From positions 64,001-128,000 of the IMG/VR virus record IMGVR_UViG_3300011008_000004: a stretch of 64,000 nucleotides of DNA; one strand, 5' to 3'. Below, one piece after another: positions 20,570 to 30,599 of this stretch; the first letter of the stretch is position 1, and each line of letters starts with the position of its first letter. The DNA is from a virus. Lineage: Duplodnaviria; Caudoviricetes. The notes beneath the pieces were generated by a model, which did no database searches, was not told the DNA's origin, and saw only the letters and a list, made by a program, of their open reading frames with translations. The position numbers and the translations under genes were made by a program.

Positions 20570-20950
20570 TTAGTTATTTAATGTTAAATAATTTGGAATT
20601 TCTAAACTATCTATAAGATGTGTAGGATTATTATCATTCCAAAGAATACACATATAGTCAAATACGGTTATTTCAGCACCAAACTTTGTAAATACAGTTT
20701 TAGTAGTTCTAACCCAATCATTCAATTTTATAATTTCTTTTCTTTTTAATCTATCATTATACATGCTATGATCAAAATAAGAAGATTCATCTAAACGAAT
20801 ACAACCTTTTCTTTCGGTTTGCTTATCATAGAAATGAAAATGAGGTATAGGTCCTTCACCTCCATATATTGTAATCTCTATATTGTCTATAGATCCTACT
20901 CTTGCCATTTCCAATAACGTATGTTTACCACTAGTTAATTCAAAATCCAT
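20570..20950 (-). CDS. DUF4160-like hypothetical protein
   Basis: EGPIPHFHF motif. Confidence 0.5.
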   Translation of the reverse strand: MDFELTSGKHTLLEMARVGSIDNIEITIYGGEGPIPHFHFYDKQTERKGCIRLDESSYFDHSMYNDRLKRKEIIKLNDWVRTTKTVFTKFGAEITVFDYMCILWNDNNPTHLIDSLEIPNYLTLNN

Positions 20951-20961
20951 ATAATTATTCC

Positions 20962-21894
20962 TTAAATATAGTTTTCTTTTGTAAGCAAACTTAAAAGTTG
21001 TTTAGACACATTTGAAAGTTTATCAATTAAATCAGTTTTAGTAATTTTCTTATCATTTAACCAGTAATCTTGTTCTAATTCAATTAAAATTGGTAAATCT
21101 TTTTCTCTAAAATCAGCTGGAACTTTATCAAACTTAAAAGTTTCTTTATCTTCAGGTTCTTCTAATATTTGATCTATCTTACTTTTATCTTTCATATAAA
21201 TATGCATATTACTTGCAAAATGTTTGTATGTTCCAACTTCTAAGCCTAATTCAGCAGCCATTAACTCTTGCATAAATGTAAACATAAATACATCATACGT
21301 TGTTCCAAACAATAAATCATTTGAACGCATTCCTGCAATCATATCTAATTTATTATTTCTAACAAAGAATTGTAAGAAATATGTACAAGTAGTATCTTTA
21401 GTTGCATACATTTGAACTGGTTTTATATGAATAACTGCTTGTCTTGAAAATGGATCTTTAGTTAAAGTTTCTTTTACAAAGTCCCATTGAACTCTATAGT
21501 TATTATGATCTGCTACATATTCTTCATATGGTTTTTCATATTCTGAACCATAACCAATTGCCGGCATTTTATTAAAAATATATTTGCCATATGCTGAATT
21601 ATTATGTAAACCATCATCTGAAAGAGGAGCCCATTGTTTAGAATATTTACTAATAAATTGAACATCATCTCTTCCTGTTAAATACCACATCAATTCGCCA
21701 AATATATACTTAGTTATACTTGATCTACAATCAATATTAAGTAATCTATCACGTGGATTCTCAATTTCGAAATAACCAGGAATTATTTCTTTCATATCAA
21801 ATCCACGAACAGTTACATCATCGCCTTCATTTAATACTTTATTTATCATACCATAGTATGCTTTTTGGAAATTCTTATACACTATATAAATCAC
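20962..21894 (-). CDS. thymidylate-synthase-family dCMP hydroxymethyltransferase
   Basis: SRQAVI, DTTCT catalytic Cys, MRSND..G...YD (Asp at the dUMP/dCMP specificity position). Confidence 0.8.
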   Translation of the reverse strand: MIYIVYKNFQKAYYGMINKVLNEGDDVTVRGFDMKEIIPGYFEIENPRDRLLNIDCRSSITKYIFGELMWYLTGRDDVQFISKYSKQWAPLSDDGLHNNSAYGKYIFNKMPAIGYGSEYEKPYEEYVADHNNYRVQWDFVKETLTKDPFSRQAVIHIKPVQMYATKDTTCTYFLQFFVRNNKLDMIAGMRSNDLLFGTTYDVFMFTFMQELMAAELGLEVGTYKHFASNMHIYMKDKSKIDQILEEPEDKETFKFDKVPADFREKDLPILIELEQDYWLNDKKITKTDLIDKLSNVSKQLLSLLTKENYI

Positions 21895-21912
21895 CTCAAT
21901 ATTTTATACAAA

Positions 21913-23142
21913 TTAGATAATTTCTAAAAGTTGTTTAAAGATAACTTTATTATTCAAATACTTGTTACAGAAATTAAATGCATTTTCTCTATATTGATTA
22001 TATAAATCTTTGTTATCACTTAATTTGCAAACTAAATCAACTGCCTCTTGAGGATTCTCTTCATCTAAGAAAATCATTCCTGTCTCTGTTCCGTAATCTA
22101 CAAGAGATTTACCATTTATTTTAAATGATTCACCCCATTTCTTTCTATAAATAGGAACAGTTCCAACTGCAACAGTTTCCATCATTGCATATTCCATAAT
22201 ATCAGGTAAGAATCTATCATCTAACAATAATAATTCAATACCAAATTGTTGTCTGCTCATACGACCCATTGCTTTTTCATTATCATATGGAGGTAACATA
22301 TATGCGTTATGATTTCTTTCAAATACTACTTCATTATTATTCATCTTATCAATATAATCATTAGTAGTCCATAACGTATTGTCATCTCTCACAATCTTTA
22401 CAGGATCCCAAGATTTATATAAAAATTGAAGGCTTTGAATAGACATCTCAATTCCTTCTAAAGTCGCTATAAATCCTCTATCTCTGAAATACTTCTCATG
22501 CATTTCTCTAAATAACCAAGGACCTTTCCAAGCAGCAACTCTTCCTAAGAATTTAATAGTTCTATACTCTTTTTCTTCAAATGGCTTCCAAAATCTCTTA
22601 TACTTATCAAAATCTAAGCCATTAATTCCATTAAGCTTATCTGATGCTGTTACAAGATTATTCAATGTAATGTCATGTTTATTACAGAATCTTACAAAAT
22701 CGCCGTCGTGTGAGTGAGTAATAACTTTATCTACATACGTGAAAAATTCTTTATATTGTTCTTCAGCATAAAAATTTCTATTAATTGAATGAATCTTATG
22801 GTCTACTTGAATATAAGTTGTAGGAATATTACAAGCCTTAACTTTCTTTATAATATCCATAAATACATTCTTTGTTTCATCTGTAAAGTTTTTAGCTGGA
22901 ACACTTAAAATAATAACTTTATCTGCTTTCATGCAAGCATTTAAAATTGTTTCAGTATCTTTTGTGTAACTAATAATCTCAATATGATTAGGATGAGACT
23001 TTTCTCTCCCCCAATGTTTATCTTTATTAGCTAATGTTCTGCAAGTATCGCCAATAAATTCAATATAACTTTGAAGTTCTACTGCATACTTAGTATTACC
23101 TGTGCCTTCAACACCTCTACCCATTAAAATAACATAATTCAT
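21913..23142 (-). CDS. DNA alpha-glucosyltransferase-like (T4 Agt-like)
   Basis: N-terminus LMGRGVEGTGNTKY resembles T4 Agt MARGLEGCGVTKF; GRVAAWKG; MEYAMME. Confidence 0.8.
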   Translation of the reverse strand: MNYVILMGRGVEGTGNTKYAVELQSYIEFIGDTCRTLANKDKHWGREKSHPNHIEIISYTKDTETILNACMKADKVIILSVPAKNFTDETKNVFMDIIKKVKACNIPTTYIQVDHKIHSINRNFYAEEQYKEFFTYVDKVITHSHDGDFVRFCNKHDITLNNLVTASDKLNGINGLDFDKYKRFWKPFEEKEYRTIKFLGRVAAWKGPWLFREMHEKYFRDRGFIATLEGIEMSIQSLQFLYKSWDPVKIVRDDNTLWTTNDYIDKMNNNEVVFERNHNAYMLPPYDNEKAMGRMSRQQFGIELLLLDDRFLPDIMEYAMMETVAVGTVPIYRKKWGESFKINGKSLVDYGTETGMIFLDEENPQEAVDLVCKLSDNKDLYNQYRENAFNFCNKYLNNKVIFKQLLEII

Positions 23143-23145
23143 AAA

Positions 23146-23664
23146 TCACCTATTCAAAAATTTTAATAATTCTTCTATAACTGCTGTTGTATCAATTTCA
23201 CCTTTATAAGATGTGTCAAAATGCTTCTTAAGTTTTATAACATTTACTCCTGCATTTTTTAATAACTGATAACGTTGTTCAAACATTGTTTTTTCTTTTG
23301 TAACAAAATCCCAATCAATCTCTTCATTCTTATTCGCATATGCTCTCGCTATAAACCCATAATCAGCATCTACGACAACAATATAAGTTTCATTATTGAA
23401 ATCTTTACAAATCTTTAAAAGTTGCTCTTGTGTCATTTTAGAGTCTCTACCATACAATTCTGGATAAATAGTTTCACCAATATAAAACCTATCAAAAATC
23501 ATATTTTGTGAACTCTTTAGTAAGTCCTCATGAAATTTATAATCATTTGGACATTTACTATCAACATGCTCAATTTCAAAGTCTTTAAATTCAACTGTAC
23601 TTTTTATTGCAGCTATTAAAGTACTTTTACCTACATTATTAGGTCCTTCAATAACAATCTTCAT
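23146..23664 (-). CDS. dNMP (thymidylate-like) kinase
   Basis: IEGPNNVGKST, FDRFYIGETIY. Confidence 0.82.
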   Translation of the reverse strand: MKIVIEGPNNVGKSTLIAAIKSTVEFKDFEIEHVDSKCPNDYKFHEDLLKSSQNMIFDRFYIGETIYPELYGRDSKMTQEQLLKICKDFNNETYIVVVDADYGFIARAYANKNEEIDWDFVTKEKTMFEQRYQLLKNAGVNVIKLKKHFDTSYKGEIDTTAVIEELLKFLNR

Positions 23665-23676
23665 TTAATCACCTTT

Positions 23677-24024
23677 TTATTTATTATACAACGTTTTATC
23701 TAAATCGTCAATAACTTTTTCATTCTCTTCTAAAATTGTTTCTTTGGTTCTTTTTTCAGCAATCTTTAAAAGTTTATTGCCCATTTGTTTATTATATGTA
23801 TTCACTTTTTTAGTTCTAACAGGTCTATTAAGCAAATACATTATGTAAGATAATGTTTGATAATTAGTTTTTAATGGTGCAATAACTGTTTCTAAATTTT
23901 GCATAATATTTGGATCTATCATTGTTTTATCAGCTTGCTGTGCATAAGCATTTAAGTTTTTTTGCATAATTAAAAATTGTTTTTCAACTTCATTATAATA
24001 AATTTCAACATCACGTTTACTCAT
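23677..24024 (-). CDS. hypothetical protein
   Basis: 115 aa ORF with GAGGTG SD. Confidence 0.6.
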   Translation of the reverse strand: MSKRDVEIYYNEVEKQFLIMQKNLNAYAQQADKTMIDPNIMQNLETVIAPLKTNYQTLSYIMYLLNRPVRTKKVNTYNKQMGNKLLKIAEKRTKETILEENEKVIDDLDKTLYNK

Positions 24025-24056
24025 AAATCACCTCAATACTTTAATATATTATACAC

Positions 24057-24086
24057 AAAAGAGACCAGCATTTAGCTGATCTCTTT
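24057..24086 (-). terminator. intrinsic terminator
   Basis: AAAGAGA-CAGC...GCTG-TCTCTTT stem. Confidence 0.6.
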
Positions 24087-24099
24087 AATTTTTTTTCAA

Positions 24100-24342
24100 T
24101 TATTCTGTCTCTTTTAAAGTAGTTATATTCACTTCAATATGATGAACATAAACTATATTTACTTCAAATTTATCAACACACAATATGTTATATTTTGGAT
24201 CTTTAATAACTTCTTCATAATCTATATATGGTTCAGCGCCATCGTCCCAAATAACTTTGCCATCTATACTTACTTTAATGATTGCTAAATCACTTAACCA
24301 GTGTAAAACCTTACCTACTTTAACATCTGAAAATTTACTCAT
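24100..24342 (-). CDS. hypothetical protein
   Basis: 80 aa, ATGA-type coupling. Confidence 0.55.
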   Translation of the reverse strand: MSKFSDVKVGKVLHWLSDLAIIKVSIDGKVIWDDGAEPYIDYEEVIKDPKYNILCVDKFEVNIVYVHHIEVNITTLKETE

Positions 24343-25172
24343 AATTCTTCGTCCTCTATAACTATACAGTTACATATTCCGCTATAAGCGGTACAAGCAT
24401 CTAATGCTACAATACCATCATCAATAAATGGCTCAAATGACTTTAACCAATCGCCCTCAGTCTTTTTAGGAAATTCTTCTCTTTGATGTAATAAATTTGA
24501 CCAACCCCAAGAACAATGCCAATGACCACAAATAATAGTTTTATTCGGTTCTTTTACACCTCTTTGATATTGTTGCATGCCATTCTTCCATCTAGCATAC
24601 TCCCAAAAAGATGATGTTCTCCAATTATCATCATATATATCATATTTGCCATATACATCATAATAGGATAAATCATTATTAGGATCAGGTTTACCGGGAA
24701 TCCAACCATGCACAAAGATATTATTTTTAGTCTCAAAATAGTTTATAGATTTTTTATTTATAAAATCTAAATATGGTTTCATTCGTTCTTCAATAACTGA
24801 GAATACGTTATTATCGTTAATAGCGTTTACTTGCATTCTCCAATAATCGTCTCTAGTTAAATCACATAAACCTAAAATAGTATCAAATGTGCCATTATGC
24901 CAATGATGACTTGAGGGTTCATATCCGTGTATCATTTCATCAACGCACTCAAATAGCAAATCTTCATGATTACCACGAACATATATAAATCTATCACCTA
25001 ATGATTGCACAAACTTTAAAACTTCTAATGGCTTCTTGCCTCTATCAAATAAATCACCACATACAATCAAATAATGATCTTTATTACTTTTATCAAAACC
25101 TTTATCATTCAAAGCTTTAAACATTTCATCAGCAAATGAATGTATATCAGACATTACAAAAAATTTATTCAT
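24339..25172 (-). CDS. calcineurin-like metallophosphoesterase
   Basis: SDIHS, GDLFDRG, RGNHE, HGW, GHWH. Confidence 0.9.
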   Translation of the reverse strand: MNKFFVMSDIHSFADEMFKALNDKGFDKSNKDHYLIVCGDLFDRGKKPLEVLKFVQSLGDRFIYVRGNHEDLLFECVDEMIHGYEPSSHHWHNGTFDTILGLCDLTRDDYWRMQVNAINDNNVFSVIEERMKPYLDFINKKSINYFETKNNIFVHGWIPGKPDPNNDLSYYDVYGKYDIYDDNWRTSSFWEYARWKNGMQQYQRGVKEPNKTIICGHWHCSWGWSNLLHQREEFPKKTEGDWLKSFEPFIDDGIVALDACTAYSGICNCIVIEDEEL

Positions 25173-25318
25173 CTTTTTTCACCAAATCATCATACAATAT
25201 AGTTATCAGATAAGTATTATCATCACCAATGCATGTGTTTACACTTATCACTAACTTATCTTTTATAAATTCATTTACATCTAATTGCAGATACTTCAAA
25301 TCTTTTGACTTAAATAAT

Positions 25319-25669
25319 TTAATTTTCATAAAATTTACCTTTTATATGTATTGCTTTACTTAAATCATATGGGATATTAGCATCTAATGCAAACTCTGGA
25401 AATGGTTCTATTCTATATTCTATAAAATGCTCTCGTAATAATTTCTTTATCATTTTAACAACAACTTTTGGAGATGCGTCCTATTTAGTAGATCTATCTA
25501 AAAAGAACCACTAACCTGTAGTTAAAATCATCATACTAATATTTTTATTAATTATAACTGCATATAGCATTATATTGTCATCAGACACAAATAATGGCGC
25601 ATACTACACTAACCAATTCACAGCGTTATCAGTTAGACGTAATTCTTCATACTAATTTATCTTTTTCAT
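25319..25669 (-). CDS. TAG-recoded hypothetical protein
   Basis: 116 codons open with 4 in-frame TAG; ATG overlaps upstream TGA; ends TAA. Confidence 0.65.
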
Positions 25670-25977
25670 AAATCCTTTACATATGGATCTAAGAAATTCT
25701 TTATAGTTTCAGCATGACATCTCTTAGGCGCACACCAACAAAACAATCTTAATCTCCCATAAGCCTTATAAATTAAATATAGCCTTCTAAGTTCATCAAT
25801 GAACTCGTCTTCATCTTTTATTCGTTTATTGAAATATTCTATATACTTATCACAAACATCATCTCTAAATGATTCATCCTTCATATAAAAAGGATTTCCT
25901 AAAACTGATTCACGATCAACTCTAATGTCAAATGGTTGAGATGGTTTTTCGAAATGCATATTTTTAATTTCAATCAT
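25666..25977 (-). CDS. DUF4326-family protein
   Basis: VDRESVLGNPF...LFCWCAPKRCHAE. Confidence 0.85.
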   Translation of the reverse strand: MIEIKNMHFEKPSQPFDIRVDRESVLGNPFYMKDESFRDDVCDKYIEYFNKRIKDEDEFIDELRRLYLIYKAYGRLRLFCWCAPKRCHAETIKNFLDPYVKDL

Positions 25978-26049
25978 AATTATTTATACAAAAACAAAAG
26001 ACTATCTAAAAGATAGTCTTTATCACAATTAAATTACCGTTGAAAAATA

Positions 26050-26517
26050 TTATTGAAACAATTTAAATGGATTGAATGTAAACATGTCATTCAACATGCT
26101 ATTCATCTCATCGACAATGTTGTCATATTCGCGCTTCGCTTCATCACCGGTGATGTATCTAACATAAGGCTTGTTAAATTTATCATTATATTCTACCATA
26201 GCATTACGCTTATCAGTAGCGGCCTTATCAACATTGTCCCCAGCTTCTTTAAGTATCTCATTAGCTCTTGCGTTAGCTTCTTCGATAATCTTACGTGCTT
26301 CGGCTTTTGCTTCATTATACGCTTCAACTGCTAAGTTGTAAGCATCTTTAGCTGCATCAATTTTGTCAGCCAGTTCTTTACGCTCTTTACTGATTTCAGC
26401 CTTTTTAATTTCTTCAGCCATGCGTTTTTCTTCTTGTGCTTTGTCAAATGCTTTATCAGCTTCTTTGCACTTTTCTACTGTGCTATATTCTTTTCCGTCT
26501 TTACCTATAATTTGCAT
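26050..26517 (-). CDS. coiled-coil hypothetical protein
   Basis: 155 aa, AGGAG SD. Confidence 0.65.
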   Translation of the reverse strand: MQIIGKDGKEYSTVEKCKEADKAFDKAQEEKRMAEEIKKAEISKERKELADKIDAAKDAYNLAVEAYNEAKAEARKIIEEANARANEILKEAGDNVDKAATDKRNAMVEYNDKFNKPYVRYITGDEAKREYDNIVDEMNSMLNDMFTFNPFKLFQ

Positions 26518-26583
26518 CTTAATCTCCTTTTCTTGAACTCCTTACCTAATAGGACTTATAGTTCAACCATATCAGATTTTATT

Positions 26584-26756
26584 GTGAACTACTTATTACT
26601 AAAGTAATAAGCTTCCTGCTCAAGTGTGCTATTGCACACAGTATCAACAAGCTATCCCTCGAGTTCCTCAAGTTAGTTTATTTAATTACCTTAATCGATA
26701 AAAGGTAAATTAAATTTTTTAACCTATGACTAAAGTCAAAGGTTATCTTTTCTAGG
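26584..26756 (-). mobile_element. miniature non-autonomous IS200/IS605 derivative (orphan omegaRNA scaffold)
   Basis: Collinear with both ends of the 7300-8783 element (GTGAACTAC...GCTTCCTGCTCAA...AGTATCAACA.GCTA; ATGACT.AAGTCAAAGG) with compensatory stem changes, no ORF. Confidence 0.8.
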
Positions 26757-26780
26757 TTATATGTTAACGGTAATTTAATT

Positions 26781-27980
26781 TTAATGTAAAATAATTCTAC
26801 ATATAGCTTCTATAACATTCTCTTTAGAAACTATAATTAAATTTTGACTAGGTGTTGATGTCAATCTTAAATCTTTAGCATATGTATCAGTTCCCATTAA
26901 ACTTGAACATGAACATACAACTGTACGATTCTTCTCATCTCCACTAAAGTGATGCAAATGAGCTGTACACAATAAATCCCAATGCTGTTCAGTCATCATT
27001 GATAATTTATCTACAGCAGTTACATGTGAGTCTTTATCGCCATGAACACCTAAAATCTTATGACCTAAAACTTCAAATGCGCAAATATCATCACCGTAGA
27101 AATTTTCGTTTATATTAACATCACAATCTTTTAATCTTTGCTCTAAATACCAAGGTGTCAATCTTTGCAATGTTTCAACAGCTAAACTTGCCTCTTTATC
27201 TGGTTCTAATCTAGAGTGATTATCTATAGTACTATAATATTCTACTTTTACATATTTAGACAAGTTATAAAGTAAATCAGCTAATATCTCTGTTACTTCC
27301 ATTATCTGCGTAATAACATCACATCTACTTTCAAGCTGAATGGTTTTATGAATTCTTCCAGCAATTAAGTCTGATAAATCTACTACATATAACTTCTTAA
27401 TGTTATAAAATTGTAATCTTTCAACTACTTTCTTAAATAATTCAGCTACACGTTTCTTACAGATTTCTGGACTATATTCATTTATAAAATTCTTAAAGAC
27501 TAAGCCATAGTGCCAATCACCTATCTCTAAAATAGCTTCATATTTAGCGTTATCTATATTTAAGCCTTCAACTATTTTATTAGGAATGTAAGGTTTTTCT
27601 TTAGCAGCAGCAATAGCAGCTTCTACTGCTATGTCTCTAATAGTTTCTTTACGTGCTAAATCTCTAATATATTTTCTATTAGCATTCGCTTCATCTCTAA
27701 ATTTAACACGTTCTTTTTGAAGATTTACTAATTCTTCTCTAATATCACTAACGTCATCGCAATAAACGCTAGATAATGCATTTAGTTTATCACAATTATG
27801 AATTCTGTAATATTCTTCAGAGTAATCTAAACCAAATGCTTCATTTACTAGATTCTTTATATTTGACCAAGTAAGTTTATTGTCATCACTTTTAACTTTA
27901 ACTAAATGGTCTATAAATTCAGAGACTGACATTCCTTCAGCTTTATCTAATAAATTGTCATAAAATTCTTTATCTATCAT
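26781..27980 (-). CDS. phage metallophosphoesterase/nuclease with N-terminal helical extension
   Basis: GDWHYG, SDLIAG, DNHSR, HGD, AHLHH. Confidence 0.82.
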   Translation of the reverse strand: MIDKEFYDNLLDKAEGMSVSEFIDHLVKVKSDDNKLTWSNIKNLVNEAFGLDYSEEYYRIHNCDKLNALSSVYCDDVSDIREELVNLQKERVKFRDEANANRKYIRDLARKETIRDIAVEAAIAAAKEKPYIPNKIVEGLNIDNAKYEAILEIGDWHYGLVFKNFINEYSPEICKKRVAELFKKVVERLQFYNIKKLYVVDLSDLIAGRIHKTIQLESRCDVITQIMEVTEILADLLYNLSKYVKVEYYSTIDNHSRLEPDKEASLAVETLQRLTPWYLEQRLKDCDVNINENFYGDDICAFEVLGHKILGVHGDKDSHVTAVDKLSMMTEQHWDLLCTAHLHHFSGDEKNRTVVCSCSSLMGTDTYAKDLRLTSTPSQNLIIVSKENVIEAICRIILH

Positions 27981-28038
27981 TTAAGCCTCCACACCATAAC
28001 TAATTTAGCAGTCACGATGTTAATTGAAAACACTAGAC

Positions 28039-28260
28039 TTATTGTCTAGTGTTTCCAAGATATAAGTCTACAGTTGTAGCAAATAAATTAAATAATTTAT
28101 TATACTTTTCGTCTAATGCTTTATAAGCATTTTCATATTCTGCGCATTGTTTTTCTTTTGCTTCAAGTTGTGCTTTCAAAGTATCAACTTCAGTATTCTT
28201 ATTATCTTCAATAATAGGGGTTACTTTTGTTTCTTCATTAACTGTGGTTTTAGTTGCCAT
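28039..28260 (-). CDS. coiled-coil hypothetical protein
   Basis: MATKTT start after GGAG SD. Confidence 0.55.
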   Translation of the reverse strand: MATKTTVNEETKVTPIIEDNKNTEVDTLKAQLEAKEKQCAEYENAYKALDEKYNKLFNLFATTVDLYLGNTRQ

Positions 28261-28852
28261 CGTTATTCTCCTTGTTTTCATTACTAATATATTCTACAGA
28301 ATTTTCTTCTATTATTTCATCATTTTCATTTAATTTTTGAGTAGTTTTATTTAAATTTAAAGTTTTCATAATACCTTTAACTGCTTCAACTACTCTCATT
28401 CTAGATTCTCTATCTAAAACAGGCGCGCCATCTATGTTAATTTGGTTATTCTGCTGATTAACTACGATAGCCGGTGTTTCATCTACTAATTCAATAGATT
28501 TATTGGCTCTATCAATTGTGGATTGAACCACTGTCATATAATCTAATAATTCTTTATTACTAAACTCTCCTGGCTTTTTATCAAATCTTTCAATCATTTG
28601 ATCGCCAACTTTATCTAGTAATGAATTTAACTTCATAACTCTAACAGCGTTTCTTTTAGCTTGATTTAAGTTGAATAATTTAGTTAAATTTTTAACTTTA
28701 TCTAAATCTTGCTCTTCTATTAAATCATTTGTGATCTTAGCTGTTTGATTATCTAATGGAATAACACTAATTAAATCATCTATAGAAACAGGAACTTGTT
28801 CAGATATTTCTGCTGTCTAGTTTTGTGTTAAATCTTTATTTTCTTCACTCAT
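28250..28852 (-). CDS. hypothetical protein (one TAG at codon 12)
   Basis: Extends ORF 28250..28636 upstream to an ATG overlapping the previous TGA. Confidence 0.7.
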
Positions 28853-29172
28853 ATCAAATTCTCATATATGTTAGACATAGCTTTTATAACTGATTCATCT
28901 AAGCTTTTAATTAAACCACTTTCTCGTTTATTAACTGTATCTACAATAAGTTTATTAAATTCTGCACTTGGAATAAACTTATATTTTATTTCATTATTTT
29001 CTAAAGATATATAAATTTTTCCTTCAAATGTATCAATCTCTGAAATAGTCTTACCTTCTTTCATATCAAGATACAAATCATCGCTATGTATCATATTCAT
29101 ATAATTCTTTAATTTAGTTAAAGATTTCATTGCAACCCCAGAAATTGAGCTGCATTTATCAATTATTCCCAT
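28849..29172 (-). CDS. hypothetical protein
   Basis: 107 aa ORF in operon. Confidence 0.6.
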   Translation of the reverse strand: MGIIDKCSSISGVAMKSLTKLKNYMNMIHSDDLYLDMKEGKTISEIDTFEGKIYISLENNEIKYKFIPSAEFNKLIVDTVNKRESGLIKSLDESVIKAMSNIYENLI

Positions 29173-29174
29173 CG

Positions 29175-29375
29175 TTAAATATCCTCTAATGTCTTACTTA
29201 TAGTCTTTAAAGACTTACGTTTTAATTCTGCAAAAGCAATGTCACTAACAGTGCTCATGTCACGATAATATGATTTTAACGCTAAATCCAATCTTTTTTG
29301 AACTAATGATGCAAATAACTCTTTTGCATCTACATCTATATATTTATTTAAATCATTTATAATATTAGTTATCAT
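29175..29375 (-). CDS. hypothetical protein
   Basis: 66 aa ORF in operon. Confidence 0.5.
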   Translation of the reverse strand: MITNIINDLNKYIDVDAKELFASLVQKRLDLALKSYYRDMSTVSDIAFAELKRKSLKTISKTLEDI

Positions 29376-29742
29376 TAGAAGTTCCTACGAAATTATAGTC
29401 TTTAAGTATCTTACAAACTTGTAAATAAATAGATTTTACGTTACGTAATTCTGATGACTTAAAACCAATGGTTCTTATAGCCGCATCATAGTCTTTACCA
29501 TCAATATTAACATATTGATAAAGCAATATAATATTTGCTAATGACTTAGTTTCAGCAATTGTTGGAATTCTTATGGTTCTCCCACCAAATATTGCACATA
29601 AATTTAAAAAATTAGGTTTGTCTAATGTATAAGCTAATTCACTTATAGAGGAATACTCTTGAATATCTGTAAGTTTATATAATACAAACATCAGTAAAGC
29701 ATATTGGTCTGTTTCTTTTAATGTACTTAAATTCTTTTTCAA
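29365..29742 (-). CDS. Mor/C-like transcription regulator (tentative)
   Basis: LCAIFGGRTIRIP resembles the FGGxxxxIP motif of Mu Mor/C activators. Confidence 0.55.
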   Translation of the reverse strand: MKKNLSTLKETDQYALLMFVLYKLTDIQEYSSISELAYTLDKPNFLNLCAIFGGRTIRIPTIAETKSLANIILLYQYVNIDGKDYDAAIRTIGFKSSELRNVKSIYLQVCKILKDYNFVGTSNDN

Positions 29743-30599
29743 CTGTCAGTCTCCTTTAATATTTCTGATAAATTATCCTTTATAACATCTTCAATAACTT
29801 TATCAGATAAATCATATTCTGCACTTATCTCACGAATATTAGATGTAAATGCTCTCTTAATCTTTTGCATTAATACATGTATATATGTCTCAAAATCACT
29901 TCCTAAACCATAAGTTATAGAAGGCGCATCACTGTTTATTAAGTAAAATTTGGATATAGCATTCTAAATTCTATCATCTAAACTATTGCCACTTCTTAAT
30001 CTATCAATTTTCTTCTTTTGTTGCGGTGTTAAAGATATAGTATCTATAAACGATTTAACAATTGATATGTATATGTAATGAGCCATACGTGTATTATTTC
30101 CATAGGCACATTCTTTAACTACTTTCTTAAATAAACCAGGCAGTGATCTTAAATATGATCTCACTTCAACTAGTCTCATCTAACCGGCATCAGCTCTTAT
30201 TGGACCAGCCATATAATTTTTAAAGAGTTCAGCAGCTTCTGCATCACCTTCTCTTGTACTAAATCCAAATTCTTGAGCTGCAAACTCACACTTCTTAGGA
30301 TATAACACAGCTTTCATGTAATTAAGACATGATTTTACAGGAGATAAAAACTTTGGATCAGTCTCCGGTAAAAATTGTCTATCAGTAGTCATACGTATAT
30401 ACGTTATATTTGCTAAATAGTAAGCAAACTACTCGCTATAATACTACTTATTAAAATATTTCTTCTTTAGTATTAGCATATAAGCTATCTAAGTAAGTTC
30501 AGTATAAACTCTTTCGATAACTTTAGGGTCTTTACTCATAATATTAGCGTCTACATCTATACATAAGTCTACGAAACGCTACGTTGGTTTTCTAATCAT
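29739..30599 (-). CDS. TAG-recoded hypothetical protein (286 aa)
   Basis: ORFs 30180..30392 and 29964..30179 abut in frame across TAG; ATG and TGA overlap the neighbouring genes. Confidence 0.8.

Noticed and set aside
24554-24736. Nested minus-strand ORFs 24554..24736 and 47701..47952
   Set aside because: Alternative frames inside clear genes, with no independent signals
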